This document shows positions 14,230 through 30,154 of a DNA stretch of 64,000 nucleotides, in pieces. How positions within the stretch are numbered: position 1 is the first letter of the stretch; every line of letters starts with the position of its first letter. A program made the position numbers and the translations under genes. The DNA lies in assembly GCF_058153355.1 (NCBI RefSeq), contig NZ_CM177019.1; one strand, given 5' to 3'. The notes beneath the pieces were generated by a model, which was not told the DNA's origin, did no database searches, and saw only the letters and a list, made by a program, of their open reading frames with translations.

Positions 14230-15674
14230 CGCTGGATACACTTAATGTGATGCTGGCCGTCAGTGAAGAGGGATTGATCGAAGAGATGATCATCGCGCTG
14301 TTGGCCTCACCTCAGCTGGCGGTCTTCTTTGAAAAATTCCCACGACTGAAGGCGGCAATCACTGATGATGTTCCCCGCTGGCGTGAGGCGCTGCGCAGTC
14401 GGCTGAAAGATGCCCGAGTCCCGCCAGAACTCACCGAAGAGGTGATGTGCTATCAGGAAAGCCAGCTCCTCTCCACGCCGCAGTTTATTGTGCAGCTACC
14501 ACAGATCCTGGACTTACTGCATCGTCTGAATTCCCCATGGGCAGAACAAGCCCGACAGTTGGTTGATGCTAACAGCACGATCACTTCAGCGTTACACACA
14601 CTTTTTCTCCAGCGTTGGCGTTTAAGTCTGATCGTGCAAGCAACGACGTTAAATCAACAGCTATTAGAAGAAGAACGCGAACAACTGTTGAGTGAAGTTC
14701 AGGAACGCATGACGCTGAGCGGGCAACTTGAACCGATTCTCGCAGATAACAATACCGCAGCTGGTCGTCTGTGGGATATGAGCGCCGGTCAGCTTAAACG
14801 TGGCGACTATCAGTTGATTGTGAAATACGGTGAATTTCTTAACAAACAGCCGGAACTGAAACGCCTGGCAGAACAGTTGGGGCGTTCCCGGGAAGCCAAA
14901 TCAATACCGCGCAACGATGCGCAGATGGAAACCTTCCGTACCATGGTGCGCGAACCGGCGACCGTCCCTGAGCAGGTTGATGGACTGCAACAAAGCGATG
15001 ATATTTTACGCCTTCTACCACCGGAATTGGCGACGCTGGGGATAACGGAACTGGAATATGAGTTTTATCGTCGGCTGGTGGAAAAACAATTGCTCACCTA
15101 TCGCCTGCACGGTGAGTCGTGGCGTGAAAAAGTTATCGAACGCCCGGTAGTCCATAAAGATTACGACGAACAGCCGCGCGGACCGTTTATTGTCTGCGTG
15201 GATACTTCCGGCTCAATGGGCGGCTTTAATGAACAGTGTGCGAAAGCGTTCTGTCTGGCATTGATGCGCATTGCCCTCGCTGAAAATCGTCGCTGCTTTA
15301 TTATGTTATTTTCCACCGAGATCGTCCGTTATGAGCTTTCAGGCCCACAAGGCATCGAACAAGCAATCCGTTTTTTAAGCCAGCAGTTTCGTGGCGGTAC
15401 CGATCTTGCCAGTTGTTTCCGCGCCATTATAGAACGCTTGCAAAGCCGGGAATGGTTTGATGCCGATGCGGTGGTGATTTCTGATTTTATCGCCCAGCGG
15501 TTGCCTGATGATGTGACGAGTAAAGTAAAAGAGTTGCAGCAGATACATCAGCATCGCTTTCATGCCGTGGCGATGTCAGCGCACGGCAAACCCGGCATCA
15601 TGCGCATTTTCGATCATATCTGGCGCTTTGATACCGGGATGCGAAGCCGCCTGCTCAGACGCTGGCGGCGATAA
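14223..15674 (+). CDS. viaA: VWA-domain protein ViaA
   Basis: 483 aa; overlaps the ravA stop by 7 bp, indicating translational coupling; C-terminal VWA-like DTSGSM motif. Confidence 0.92.
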
Positions 15675-15678
15675 ATTA

Positions 15679-16671
15679 TTACAGCAGAGAAGGGATGCTC
15701 TCGCGAACAGCAGTAGGCCATACACCACACTGAACCTGACCGATATGTGGCAGTTGCAACAGCAGCATGGTCAAACGAGACTGGCCAATACCGCCGCCAA
15801 TGGTCTGCGGCATTTCACCGCGCAGCAGCGCCTGATGCCACTCCAGCTGCAGGCGATCTTCGTCACCGGTCAGCGCCAGCTGATGCTTCAGCGTTTCGGC
15901 ATCCACGCGAATCCCCATGGAAGAAAGCTCAAACGCATCTTCCAGTACCGGGTTCCACACCAGAATATCGCCGTTCAAACCCGCATGGCCCAGCTCTGAC
16001 GGGGTGCTCCAGTCATCATAATCAGGTGCGCGCACGTCGTGGCGATGACCATCACTCAACTTGCCGCCAATCCCGACGAGGAATACCGCGCCAAGATCTT
16101 TCGCAATCGCCCGCTCACGTCCTTTGGCATCGAGATCCGGATAACGAGCCAGTAACTCCTGGCTGTGTACGAAGTGGATCTGATCCGGCAGGAACGGTGC
16201 CAGGCCAAACTCTTCGCTAACCGCAGCTTCGGTTGCTTTAATTCCCGCCCAGATCGCCTCTACCGTGCTTTTCAGAGTCGAGAATTGACGCTCGCCGTCG
16301 CCCATTACGCGTTCCCAGTCCCACTGGTCAACATAGACCGAGTGCAACGGGGAAAGACGGTCTTCATCGGGGCGAAGGGCTTTCATGTGCGTGTACAGCC
16401 CTTCGCCCGCGCTGAAGTCGTGTTGCCCTAAGGTCTGACGTTTCCACTTCGCCAGTGAATGAACCACTTCGAACTGGGCATCAGGCAGAGCTTTCACTTT
16501 TACCTGCACCGCTTTTTCACAGCCCGACAAGTTATCCTGCGTGCCATCCCCCACACGGCTAAGAATCGGCGCCTGGACTTCAATCAGCCCCAGACGTTCT
16601 TCCAGTTGACGAGAAAAGTGAGATTTCACGAAGCTAATTTGACGTTGTTTGGCAATGTAAGCGGTTTTCAT
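15679..16671 (-). CDS. asnA: aspartate-ammonia ligase (asparagine synthetase A)
   Basis: 330 aa, [38 protein letters not shown]…; recognised as AsnA. Confidence 0.96.
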   Translation of the reverse strand: MKTAYIAKQRQISFVKSHFSRQLEERLGLIEVQAPILSRVGDGTQDNLSGCEKAVQVKVKALPDAQFEVVHSLAKWKRQTLGQHDFSAGEGLYTHMKALRPDEDRLSPLHSVYVDQWDWERVMGDGERQFSTLKSTVEAIWAGIKATEAAVSEEFGLAPFLPDQIHFVHSQELLARYPDLDAKGRERAIAKDLGAVFLVGIGGKLSDGHRHDVRAPDYDDWSTPSELGHAGLNGDILVWNPVLEDAFELSSMGIRVDAETLKHQLALTGDEDRLQLEWHQALLRGEMPQTIGGGIGQSRLTMLLLQLPHIGQVQCGVWPTAVRESIPSLL

Positions 16672-16822
16672 TTTTTATACTCCTGCGTCCTGTTGCTTAT
16701 GATTAAGCAACAAAAACCGACACACATGCAATAATTATTCAATAAAAAGCCTCATGCACTTTTGATTCATTAAAAAAGATGGCTAAAATAGAATGAATCA
16801 TCAATCCGCATAAGAAAATCCT

Positions 16823-17281
16823 ATGGAAAATTATCTGATCGACAATCTGGACCGTGGCATCCTGGAAGCATTAATGGGCAATGCGCGCACCGCTTACGCC
16901 GAACTGGCGAAACAATTTGGCGTCAGTCCGGGGACAATTCACGTTCGAGTAGAGAAAATGAAGCAGGCGGGGATCATTACCGGGGCACGTATTGATGTCA
17001 GCCCGAAGCAGCTCGGTTATGACGTAGGCTGCTTTATCGGCATTATATTAAAGAGCGCCAAAGACTATCCTTCCGCGCTGGCAAAGCTGGAAAGCCTCGA
17101 TGAAGTCACTGAAGCCTATTACACAACTGGCCACTACAGCATCTTTATCAAAGTGATGTGCCGTTCGATCGATGCTCTCCAGCATGTACTTATCAACAAG
17201 ATCCAAACAATTGATGAAATTCAGTCCACCGAGACACTGATCGTCCTGCAAAACCCGATCATGCGTACCATTAAGCCATGA
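16823..17281 (+). CDS. asnC: Lrp/AsnC-family regulator AsnC
   Basis: 152 aa, MENYLIDNLDRGILEALMGNARTAYAELAKQFGVSPGTIHVRVEKMKQAGII; divergent from asnA. Confidence 0.96.
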   Translation: MENYLIDNLDRGILEALMGNARTAYAELAKQFGVSPGTIHVRVEKMKQAGIITGARIDVSPKQLGYDVGCFIGIILKSAKDYPSALAKLESLDEVTEAYYTTGHYSIFIKVMCRSIDALQHVLINKIQTIDEIQSTETLIVLQNPIMRTIKP

Positions 17282-17370
17282 TCAGCTTTTTTAATCCCAT
17301 ACTTTTCCACAGGTAGATCCCAACGCGTTCACAGCGTACAATACGCCACTCTTAATAAAGGTGGCGGTTT

Positions 17371-17814
17371 ATGGCAGATATCACTCTTATCAGCGGCAGC
17401 ACCCTCGGCGGTGCCGAATATGTGGCAGAACACCTGGCTGAAAAGCTGGAAGAGGCGGGTTTTACCACCGAAACGCTGCACGGTCCGCTGTTGGAAGATT
17501 TATCTGCCTCGGGGATCTGGCTGGTTATCAGCTCAACCCACGGTGCCGGAGATATTCCGGACAACCTTTCTCCTTTCTATGAAGCATTGCAGGAACAGAA
17601 GCCCAATCTTTCTGCGGTCCGCTTTGGCGCTATCGGTATTGGCAGTCGTGAATATGACACCTTTTGTGGGGCTATCGATAAACTCGAGGCAGAACTCAAA
17701 AATTCCGGTGCAAAACAGACAGGCGAAACACTGAAGATCAACATCCTTGATCACGACATTCCGGAAGATCCGGCAGAAGAATGGCTGGGATCGTGGATTA
17801 ATTTACTCAAATAA
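17371..17814 (+). CDS. mioC: flavodoxin-like FMN-binding protein MioC
   Basis: 147 aa, MADITLISGSTLGGAEYVAEHLAEKLEEAGF; lies immediately before oriC. Confidence 0.96.
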   Translation: MADITLISGSTLGGAEYVAEHLAEKLEEAGFTTETLHGPLLEDLSASGIWLVISSTHGAGDIPDNLSPFYEALQEQKPNLSAVRFGAIGIGSREYDTFCGAIDKLEAELKNSGAKQTGETLKINILDHDIPEDPAEEWLGSWINLLK

Positions 17815-17829
17815 GTATACAGATCGTGC

Positions 17830-18095
17830 GATCTGTTGTGGATAACTCTGGTAGGAAACTTGGATCAACCGGTAGTTATCCAAAGAACAACGGTTGTTCA
17901 GTTTTTGAGTTGTGTATAACCCTTCATTCTGATCCCAGCTTATACGGACCAGGATCACCGATCATTCACAGCTAATGATCCTTGCCAGGTTGTTGATCTT
18001 AAACGCCGGATCCTTGTTATCCACAAGGTAGTGCGATCCTAATAAGAGATCACAATAGAACAGATCTCTAAATAAATAGATCTTCTTTTTAATAC
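17830..18095. other. oriC: chromosomal replication origin oriC
   Basis: DnaA boxes TGTGGATAA (17837-17845, R4-like) and TTATCCACA (18016-18024, R1-like); high GATC density; three AT-rich 13-mers of the GATCTnTTnTTTT family at about 18040-18092; placed between mioC and mnmG. Confidence 0.93.
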
Positions 18096-18191
18096 CCAGG
18101 ATCCCAGGTCTTTCTCAAGCCAACAAAGTTGAGTAGAATCCACGGCCCGGGCTTCATCCATTTTCATACCGCGTTATGCGAGGCAATCACC

Positions 18192-20081
18192 ATGTTTTAT
18201 CCGGATCCTTTTGACGTCATCATCATTGGCGGGGGTCATGCAGGCACCGAGGCCGCGATGGCCGCGGCGCGTATGGGTCAACAGACTCTGCTTTTGACAC
18301 ACAATATCGACACTCTGGGGCAGATGAGCTGCAACCCGGCGATCGGCGGTATTGGGAAGGGACATCTGGTAAAAGAAGTGGATGCACTCGGCGGTCTGAT
18401 GGCGAAAGCGATCGATCAAGCAGGCATCCAGTTTAGGATACTAAACGCCAGCAAAGGTCCGGCTGTTCGTGCTACCCGTGCTCAGGCGGATCGCGTACTC
18501 TATCGCCAGGCGGTACGCACGGCGCTGGAGAATCAACCGAATCTGATGATCTTCCAGCAGGCGGTTGAAGATCTTATTGTCGAAAACGATCGCGTGGTCG
18601 GTGCTGTTACCCAAATGGGACTGAAGTTCCGTGCCAAAGCCGTCGTGCTCACCGTTGGGACGTTCCTCGACGGTAAAATTCATATCGGTCTGGATAACTA
18701 CAGCGGTGGCCGTGCTGGTGATCCGCCGTCCATTCCGCTCTCTCGCCGTTTGCGTGAACTGCCGCTGCGCGTTGGTCGTCTGAAAACCGGGACACCGCCG
18801 CGTATTGATGCGCGTACTATCGACTTCAGCGTGCTGGCGCAACAGCATGGCGATAACCCAATGCCGGTATTCTCGTTTATGGGCAATGCGTCCCAGCATC
18901 CACAGCAGGTGCCGTGTTATATCACTCATACCAACGAGAAAACCCATGATGTGATCCGCAGTAATCTCGATCGTAGCCCAATGTACGCAGGGGTGATCGA
19001 AGGTGTCGGCCCACGCTACTGCCCGTCGATCGAAGACAAAGTCATGCGCTTCGCCGACAGAAATCAGCATCAGATCTTCCTTGAACCGGAAGGGCTGACC
19101 TCTAACGAAATTTATCCGAACGGTATCTCCACCAGCCTGCCGTTCGATGTGCAGATGCAAATCGTCCGCTCCATGCAGGGGATGGAAAACGCGAAGATCG
19201 TGCGTCCGGGTTATGCCATTGAGTATGACTTCTTCGATCCACGCGACCTGAAACCGACGCTGGAGAGCAAGTTTATCCAGGGGCTGTTCTTTGCTGGTCA
19301 GATTAACGGCACTACCGGTTACGAAGAAGCCGCTGCGCAAGGTTTGCTGGCCGGTCTTAACGCTGCCCGTCTGTCTGCTGACAAAGAAGGTTGGGCTCCG
19401 GCGCGTTCTCAGGCGTATCTCGGCGTACTGGTTGATGACCTGTGCACTTTAGGAACCAAAGAACCGTACCGTATGTTTACCTCGCGTGCAGAATATCGCC
19501 TGATGCTACGCGAAGATAATGCGGATCTGCGTTTGACTGAAATCGGTCGTGAACTGGGCCTGGTGGATGACGAACGTTGGGCGCGCTTTAACGAGAAGCT
19601 TGAGAACATCGAGCGTGAGCGTCAGCGTCTGAAATCGACATGGGTAACCCCGTCGGCGGAAGCTGCAGCCGACGTGAATGCTCACCTGACTGCGCCGCTT
19701 TCCCGTGAAGCCAGTGGTGAAGATCTGCTGCGTCGTCCGGAAATGACTTATGAAAAATTAACCATGCTGACGCCTTTTGCCCCTGCGTTGACAGACGAAC
19801 AGGCGGCGGAACAGGTTGAGATTCAGGTTAAATACGAAGGTTATATTGCGCGCCAGCAAGATGAGATCGAAAAGCAGCAGCGTAACGAGAATACCTTGCT
19901 GCCAGCGACGCTGGATTACCGCCAGGTATCCGGTCTTTCTAACGAAGTGATCGCCAAACTTAACGATCACAAACCGGCTTCTATCGGTCAGGCTTCGCGT
20001 ATTTCTGGTGTCACGCCTGCTGCCATCTCCATTCTACTGGTGTGGCTAAAAAAACAGGGTATGCTGCGTCGTAGCGCATAA
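18192..20081 (+). CDS. mnmG: tRNA uridine 5-carboxymethylaminomethyl modification enzyme MnmG (GidA)
   Basis: Starts [29 protein letters not shown] (FAD-binding GxGxxG); the ORF track begins 21 codons upstream inside oriC and that extension was not used. Confidence 0.96.
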   Translation: MFYPDPFDVIIIGGGHAGTEAAMAAARMGQQTLLLTHNIDTLGQMSCNPAIGGIGKGHLVKEVDALGGLMAKAIDQAGIQFRILNASKGPAVRATRAQADRVLYRQAVRTALENQPNLMIFQQAVEDLIVENDRVVGAVTQMGLKFRAKAVVLTVGTFLDGKIHIGLDNYSGGRAGDPPSIPLSRRLRELPLRVGRLKTGTPPRIDARTIDFSVLAQQHGDNPMPVFSFMGNASQHPQQVPCYITHTNEKTHDVIRSNLDRSPMYAGVIEGVGPRYCPSIEDKVMRFADRNQHQIFLEPEGLTSNEIYPNGISTSLPFDVQMQIVRSMQGMENAKIVRPGYAIEYDFFDPRDLKPTLESKFIQGLFFAGQINGTTGYEEAAAQGLLAGLNAARLSADKEGWAPARSQAYLGVLVDDLCTLGTKEPYRMFTSRAEYRLMLREDNADLRLTEIGRELGLVDDERWARFNEKLENIERERQRLKSTWVTPSAEAAADVNAHLTAPLSREASGEDLLRRPEMTYEKLTMLTPFAPALTDEQAAEQVEIQVKYEGYIARQQDEIEKQQRNENTLLPATLDYRQVSGLSNEVIAKLNDHKPASIGQASRISGVTPAAISILLVWLKKQGMLRRSA

Positions 20082-20144
20082 CGCATTAAAAATGCCTGGT
20101 AAGCACCCGCTTACCGGGCTACGCATCAAGAACAGGTAATCACC

Positions 20145-20768
20145 GTGCTCAACAAACTCTCCTCTCTGCTGAAAGACGCAGGAATTTCGCTTACCGATCA
20201 CCAGAAAAACCAGCTAATTGCCTACGTGAATGTGCTGCATAAATGGAATAAAGCGTACAACCTGACTTCGGTCCGCGATCCTAATGAGATGCTGGTACGC
20301 CATATTCTCGATAGCATTGTGGTGGCACCGTATCTGCAAGGTGATCGGTTTATCGATGTCGGCACCGGACCAGGACTGCCTGGCATTCCACTCTCTATCG
20401 TGCGTCCTGAAGCCCATTTCACGTTGTTGGATAGCCTTGGTAAACGCGTGCGTTTCCTTCGTCAGGTGCAACATGAGCTTAAACTGGAGAATATTGAGCC
20501 AGTACAGAGCAGGGTAGAAGAGTTTCCTTCTGAGCCGCCATTTGATGGCGTAATTAGCCGCGCCTTTGCCTCTCTGAACGATATGGTGAGCTGGTGCCAC
20601 CATCTTCCTGGTGAGCAAGGTCGTTTCTACGCGCTGAAAGGCCAAATACCGGAAGATGAAATCGCTTTGTTGCCCGAAGAATATCAGGTCGAATCAGTGG
20701 TTAAACTTCACGTTCCGGCCCTGGATGGCGAACGTCATCTGGTGGTGATTAAAGCAAATAAAATTTAA
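20145..20768 (+). CDS. rsmG: 16S rRNA m7G527 methyltransferase RsmG (GidB)
   Basis: 207 aa, GTG start; SAM-binding motif [13 protein letters not shown]. Confidence 0.95.
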   Translation: MLNKLSSLLKDAGISLTDHQKNQLIAYVNVLHKWNKAYNLTSVRDPNEMLVRHILDSIVVAPYLQGDRFIDVGTGPGLPGIPLSIVRPEAHFTLLDSLGKRVRFLRQVQHELKLENIEPVQSRVEEFPSEPPFDGVISRAFASLNDMVSWCHHLPGEQGRFYALKGQIPEDEIALLPEEYQVESVVKLHVPALDGERHLVVIKANKI

Positions 20769-21384
20769 TTTTTATCAAAAAAAACATAAAAAAATGACCG
20801 GTTAGACTGTTAACAACAACCAGGTTTTCTACTGATATAACTGGTTACATTTAACGCCACGTTCACTCTTTTGCATCAACGAGCTAACGTGGCTTTTTTG
20901 GGTAAGCAGAAAATAAGTCAGCAGTGAAAATATCAGGCTGCTAAAAATCTGCGCTAAGAACCATAATCATCTGTTAAAACATTATTAAAAATGTCAATGG
21001 GTGGTTTTTGTTGTGTAAATGTCACTTATTAAAAGAGTGTCTGTTTTTGGACTTAAATATCATAAACTTGCAATGGCATCATTTGCCAAGTAAATAAATA
21101 TGCTGTGCGCGAACATGCTCAATATGTGATCTGAAGCACGCTTTATCGCCAGTGTTTACGCGTTATTTACAGTTTTTCATGATCGAACAGCGTTAGCAGA
21201 AAAGTCGCAATTGTATGCACTGGAAAAATATTTAAACATTTATTCACCTTTTGGCTACTTATTGTTTGAAATCACGGGGGCGCACCGTATAATTTGACCG
21301 CTTTTTGATGCTTGACTCTAAGCCTTAAAGAAAGTTTTATACGACACGCGGCATACCTCGAAGGGAGCAGGAGTGAAAAACGTG

Positions 21385-22589
<1,205 letters not shown>

Positions 22590-22617
22590 TTTACCAACAC
22601 TACTACGTTTTAACTGA

Positions 22618-22892
<275 letters not shown>

Positions 22893-22936
22893 TAAAGAGC
22901 AATATCAGAACGTTAACTAAATAGAGGCATTGTGCT

Positions 22937-23407
22937 GTGAATCTTAACGCAACAATCCTCGGCCAGGCCATCGCGTTTGTCCTGTTCGTTCTGTTCTGCA
23001 TGAAGTACGTATGGCCGCCATTAATGGCAGCCATCGAAAAACGTCAAAAAGAAATTGCTGACGGCCTTGCTTCCGCAGAACGAGCACATAAGGACCTTGA
23101 CCTTGCAAAGGCCAGCGCGACCGACCAGCTGAAAAAAGCGAAAGCGGAAGCCCAGGTAATCATCGAGCAGGCGAACAAACGCCGCTCGCAGATTCTGGAC
23201 GAAGCTAAAGCTGAAGCAGAGCAGGAACGTACTAAAATCGTGGCCCAGGCGCAGGCGGAAATTGAAGCTGAGCGTAAACGTGCCCGTGAAGAGCTGCGTA
23301 AGCAAGTTGCTATCCTGGCTGTTGCTGGCGCCGAGAAGATCATCGAACGTTCCGTGGATGAAGCTGCTAACAGCGACATCGTGGATAAACTTGTCGCTGA
23401 ACTGTAA
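22937..23407 (+). CDS. atpF: ATP synthase F0 subunit b
   Basis: 156 aa with a GTG start; N-terminal transmembrane helix then a long charged helix. Confidence 0.96.
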
Positions 23408-23421
23408 GGAGGGAGGGGCTG

Positions 23422-23955
23422 ATGTCTGAATTTATTACGGTAGCTCGCCCCTACGCCAAAGCAGCTTTTGACTTTGCCGTCGAACACCAAAGTGTAGAAC
23501 GCTGGCAGGACATGCTGGCGTTTGCCGCCGAGGTAACCAAAAACGAACAAATGGCAGAGCTTCTCTCTGGCGCGCTTGCGCCAGAAACGCTCGCCGAGTC
23601 GTTTATCGCAGTTTGTGGTGAGCAACTGGACGAAAACGGTCAGAACCTGATTCGGGTTATGGCTGAAAATGGTCGTCTTAACGCGCTCCCGGATGTTCTG
23701 GAGCAGTTTATTCACCTGCGTGCTGTGAGTGAGGCTACCGCTGAGGTAGACGTCATTTCCGCTGCCGCGTTGAGTGAACAACAGCTCGCGAAAATTTCTG
23801 CTGCGATGGAAAAACGTCTGTCACGCAAAGTTAAGCTGAATTGCAAAATCGATAAGTCTGTAATGGCAGGCGTTATCATCCGAGCGGGTGATATGGTCAT
23901 TGATGGCAGCGTACGCGGTCGTCTTGAGCGCCTTGCAGACGTCTTGCAGTCTTAA
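23422..23955 (+). CDS. atpH: ATP synthase F1 subunit delta
   Basis: 177 aa, [22 protein letters not shown]…. Confidence 0.96.
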
Positions 23956-23967
23956 GGGGACTGGAGC

Positions 23968-25509
23968 ATGCAACTGAATTCCACCGAAATCAGCGAACTG
24001 ATCAAGCAGCGCATTGCTCAGTTCAATGTTGTGAGTGAAGCTCACAACGAAGGTACTATTGTTTCTGTAAGTGACGGTGTTATCCGCATCCACGGCCTGG
24101 CCGATTGTATGCAGGGTGAAATGATCTCCCTGCCGGGTAACCGTTACGCTATCGCACTGAACCTCGAGCGTGACTCTGTAGGTGCGGTTGTTATGGGTCC
24201 GTACGCTGACCTTGCCGAAGGCATGAAAGTTAAGTGTACTGGCCGTATCCTGGAAGTTCCGGTTGGCCGTGGCCTGCTGGGCCGTGTGGTTAACACTCTG
24301 GGTGCACCAATCGACGGTAAAGGTCCGCTGGATCACGACGGCTTCTCTGCTGTAGAAGCTATCGCCCCGGGCGTTATCGAACGTCAGTCCGTAGATCAGC
24401 CGGTACAGACCGGTTATAAAGCCGTTGACTCCATGATCCCAATCGGTCGTGGTCAGCGTGAATTGATCATCGGTGACCGTCAGACCGGTAAAACCGCACT
24501 GGCAATCGATGCCATCATTAACCAGCGCGATTCCGGTATCAAATGTATCTATGTCGCTATCGGCCAGAAAGCGTCCACTATTTCTAACGTGGTACGTAAA
24601 CTGGAAGAGCACGGCGCACTGGCTAACACCATCGTTGTGGTGGCAACCGCGTCTGAATCCGCTGCACTGCAATACCTGGCGCCGTATGCCGGTTGCGCAA
24701 TGGGCGAATACTTCCGTGACCGCGGTGAAGATGCGCTGATCATTTACGATGACCTGTCTAAACAGGCTGTTGCTTACCGTCAGATCTCCCTGCTGCTCCG
24801 TCGTCCGCCAGGACGTGAAGCATTCCCGGGCGACGTATTCTACCTCCACTCTCGTCTGCTGGAGCGTGCTGCGCGTGTTAACGCCGAATACGTTGAAGCC
24901 TTCACCAAAGGTGAAGTGAAAGGGAAAACCGGTTCTCTGACCGCGCTGCCGATTATCGAAACTCAGGCGGGTGACGTTTCTGCGTTCGTTCCGACTAACG
25001 TAATCTCCATTACCGATGGTCAGATCTTCCTGGAAACCAACCTGTTCAACGCCGGTATTCGTCCTGCGGTTAACCCGGGTATTTCCGTATCCCGTGTTGG
25101 TGGTGCAGCACAGACCAAGATCATGAAAAAACTGTCCGGTGGTATCCGTACCGCTCTGGCACAGTATCGTGAACTGGCAGCGTTCTCTCAGTTTGCATCC
25201 GACCTTGACGATGCAACACGTAAGCAGCTTGACCACGGTCAGAAAGTGACCGAACTGCTGAAACAGAAACAGTATGCGCCGATGTCCGTAGCGCAACAGT
25301 CTCTGGTTCTGTTCGCAGCAGAACGTGGTTACCTGGCGGATGTTGAACTGTCGAAAATCGGCAGCTTCGAAGCCGCTCTGCTGGCTTACGTCGACCGTGA
25401 TCACGCTCCGTTGATGCAAGAGATCAACCAGACCGGTGGCTACAACGACGAAATCGAAGGCAAGCTGAAAGGCATCCTCGATTCCTTCAAAGCAACCCAA
25501 TCCTGGTAA
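23968..25509 (+). CDS. atpA: ATP synthase F1 subunit alpha
   Basis: 513 aa; Walker A motif GDRQTGKT. Confidence 0.98.
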
Positions 25510-25559
25510 CGTCTGGCGGCTTGCCTTAGGGCAGGCCGCAAGGCATTGAGGAGAAGCTC

Positions 25560-27832
<2,273 letters not shown>

Positions 27833-27852
27833 CGCCTTAATCGGAGGGTGAT

Positions 27853-28272
27853 ATGGCAATGACTTACCACCTGGACGTCGTCAGCGCAGAGCAACAAATG
27901 TTCTCTGGTCTGGTCGAGAAAATCCAGGTAACGGGTAGCGAAGGTGAACTGGGCATTTACCCGGGCCACGCACCGCTGCTCACCGCCATTAAGCCTGGTA
28001 TGATTCGCATCGTGAAACAGCACGGCCACGAAGAGTTTATCTATCTGTCTGGCGGCATTCTTGAAGTGCAGCCTGGCAACGTGACCGTTCTGGCCGACAC
28101 CGCAATTCGCGGCCAGGATCTCGACGAAGCGCGAGCCATGGAAGCGAAACGTAAGGCTGAAGAGCACATTAGCAGCTCTCACGGCGACGTAGATTACGCT
28201 CAGGCGTCTGCGGAACTGGCCAAAGCGATCGCGCAGTTGCGCGTTATCGAGTTGACCAAAAAAGCGATGTAA
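27853..28272 (+). CDS. atpC: ATP synthase F1 subunit epsilon
   Basis: 139 aa, [43 protein letters not shown]. Confidence 0.97.
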
Positions 28273-28294
28273 CACCGGCTTGAAAAGCTCAAAA

Positions 28295-28323
28295 GCCAGT
28301 CTGGAAACAGACTGGCTTTTTTT
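28295..28323 (+). terminator. Rho-independent terminator of the atp operon
   Basis: Hairpin GCCAGTCTG-GAAA-CAGACTGGC followed by TTTTTTT, directly after atpC. Confidence 0.85.
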
Positions 28324-28622
28324 ACGCGTATTGACCCGTCCTGAAGAGCGTTCACATAGATCCTGCTGATATAAAACCCCCTGTTTCCCGTTTATTCATT
28401 GATCGAAATAAGAGCAAAAACATCCACCTGACGCTTAAATGAAGGTACTGCCTTAATTTTCTGCAGACAAAAGGCGTGACGATGGTCGAAAATGGCGCTT
28501 TCGTCAGAGGGGATAATCCGTTATTGAACAATTTATCCTCTGTCCATTTCACGATGAAAAAAATGTAGTTTTTTCAAGGTGAAGCGGTTTAAATTCGTTC
28601 TCAAATTACAGTCAGGACGCGT

Positions 28623-29993
28623 ATGTTGAATAATGCTATGAGCGTAGTGATCCTTGCCGCAGGTAAAGGCACGCGCATGTATTCCGATCTTCCGAAAGTG
28701 CTGCATACCCTTGCCGGGAAAGCGATGGTTCAGCATGTCATTGATGCTGCGAATGAATTAGGCGCAGCGCACGTTCACCTGGTGTACGGTCACGGCGGCG
28801 ATCTGCTTAAACAGGCGCTGAAAGACGATAACCTGAACTGGGTGCTTCAGGCAGAACAGCTGGGTACGGGTCATGCAATGCAGCAGGCTGCACCTTTCTT
28901 TGCCGATGATGAAGACATATTAATGCTCTACGGCGACGTGCCGCTGATCTCTGTTGAAACACTCCAGCGTCTGCGTGATGCTAAACCGCAGGGTGGCATT
29001 GGTCTGCTGACGGTGAAACTGGATGATCCGACCGGTTATGGACGTATCACCCGTGAAAACGGCAAAGTTACCGGCATTGTTGAGCACAAAGATGCCACCG
29101 ACGAGCAGCGTCAGATTCAGGAGATCAACACCGGCATTCTGATCGCCAACGGCGCAGATATGAAACGCTGGCTGGCTAAACTGACCAACAATAACGCGCA
29201 GGGCGAATACTACATCACCGACATTATTGCGCTGGCGTATCAGGAAGGGCGTGAAATCGTTGCCGTTCATCCGCAACGTTTAAGCGAAGTAGAAGGCGTG
29301 AATAACCGCCTGCAACTCTCTCGTCTGGAGCGCGTTTACCAGTCCGAACAGGCTGAAAAACTGCTTTTAGCAGGCGTTATGCTGCGCGATCCGGCGCGTT
29401 TTGATCTGCGCGGTACGCTTACTCACGGGCGCGATGTTGAAATTGATACTAACGTTATCATCGAGGGCAACGTGACTCTCGGTAATCGCGTGAAAATCGG
29501 CACCGGTTGCGTGATTAAAAACAGCGTGATTGGCGATGATTGCGAAATTAGCCCGTATACCGTTGTGGAAGATGCGAATCTGGCAGCGGCCTGTACCATT
29601 GGCCCGTTTGCCCGTCTGCGTCCTGGTGCTGAGTTGCTGGAAGGCGCACACGTCGGTAACTTCGTTGAGATGAAAAAAGCGCGTCTGGGTAAAGGCTCGA
29701 AAGCTGGTCATCTGACTTACCTGGGGGATGCGGAAATTGGCGATAACGTCAACATCGGCGCAGGAACCATTACCTGCAACTACGATGGTGCCAATAAATT
29801 TAAAACCATTATTGGCGACGATGTGTTTGTCGGTTCCGACACTCAGCTGGTGGCCCCGGTAACGGTAGGCAAAGGCGCAACCATTGCTGCGGGTACAACT
29901 GTGACGCGTAATGTTGGCGAAAATGCTCTGGCAATCAGCCGTGTGCCGCAGTCGCAAAAAGAAGGCTGGCGTCGTCCGGTAAAGAAAAAGTAA
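28623..29993 (+). CDS. glmU: bifunctional GlcNAc-1-P uridyltransferase / GlcN-1-P acetyltransferase
   Basis: 456 aa, [28 protein letters not shown]…; C-terminal hexapeptide-repeat region. Confidence 0.97.
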   Translation: MLNNAMSVVILAAGKGTRMYSDLPKVLHTLAGKAMVQHVIDAANELGAAHVHLVYGHGGDLLKQALKDDNLNWVLQAEQLGTGHAMQQAAPFFADDEDILMLYGDVPLISVETLQRLRDAKPQGGIGLLTVKLDDPTGYGRITRENGKVTGIVEHKDATDEQRQIQEINTGILIANGADMKRWLAKLTNNNAQGEYYITDIIALAYQEGREIVAVHPQRLSEVEGVNNRLQLSRLERVYQSEQAEKLLLAGVMLRDPARFDLRGTLTHGRDVEIDTNVIIEGNVTLGNRVKIGTGCVIKNSVIGDDCEISPYTVVEDANLAAACTIGPFARLRPGAELLEGAHVGNFVEMKKARLGKGSKAGHLTYLGDAEIGDNVNIGAGTITCNYDGANKFKTIIGDDVFVGSDTQLVAPVTVGKGATIAAGTTVTRNVGENALAISRVPQSQKEGWRRPVKKK

Positions 29994-30154
29994 TTCTGGC
30001 TGGGTAATCCGGCCATATGGGGTGAGGAGATAACATAATCTCCCGCCCACAAGCAGTAACTATAAAAATAACCCCACTCTCTACAAAGGCTCGGGGCGCC
30101 CGAAAAACGGGCATACAGGTTGACCGACAACGATATAAATCGGAATCAAAAACT

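Noticed and set aside
20769-21384. Long intergenic region between rsmG and atpI with small ORFs (for example 21272-21457 and 21312-21536)
   Set aside because: This is the expected position of the atp operon promoter region; the small ORFs overlap the atpI start or are antisense and lack support.
23821-25500. 559-aa ORF on the minus strand
   Set aside because: It is antisense to atpA, whose protein is unambiguously recognised. Long antisense ORFs are a common artefact of codon bias in highly expressed genes. The same applies to 18441-19340 (antisense to mnmG) and 62222-63283 (antisense to yidC).
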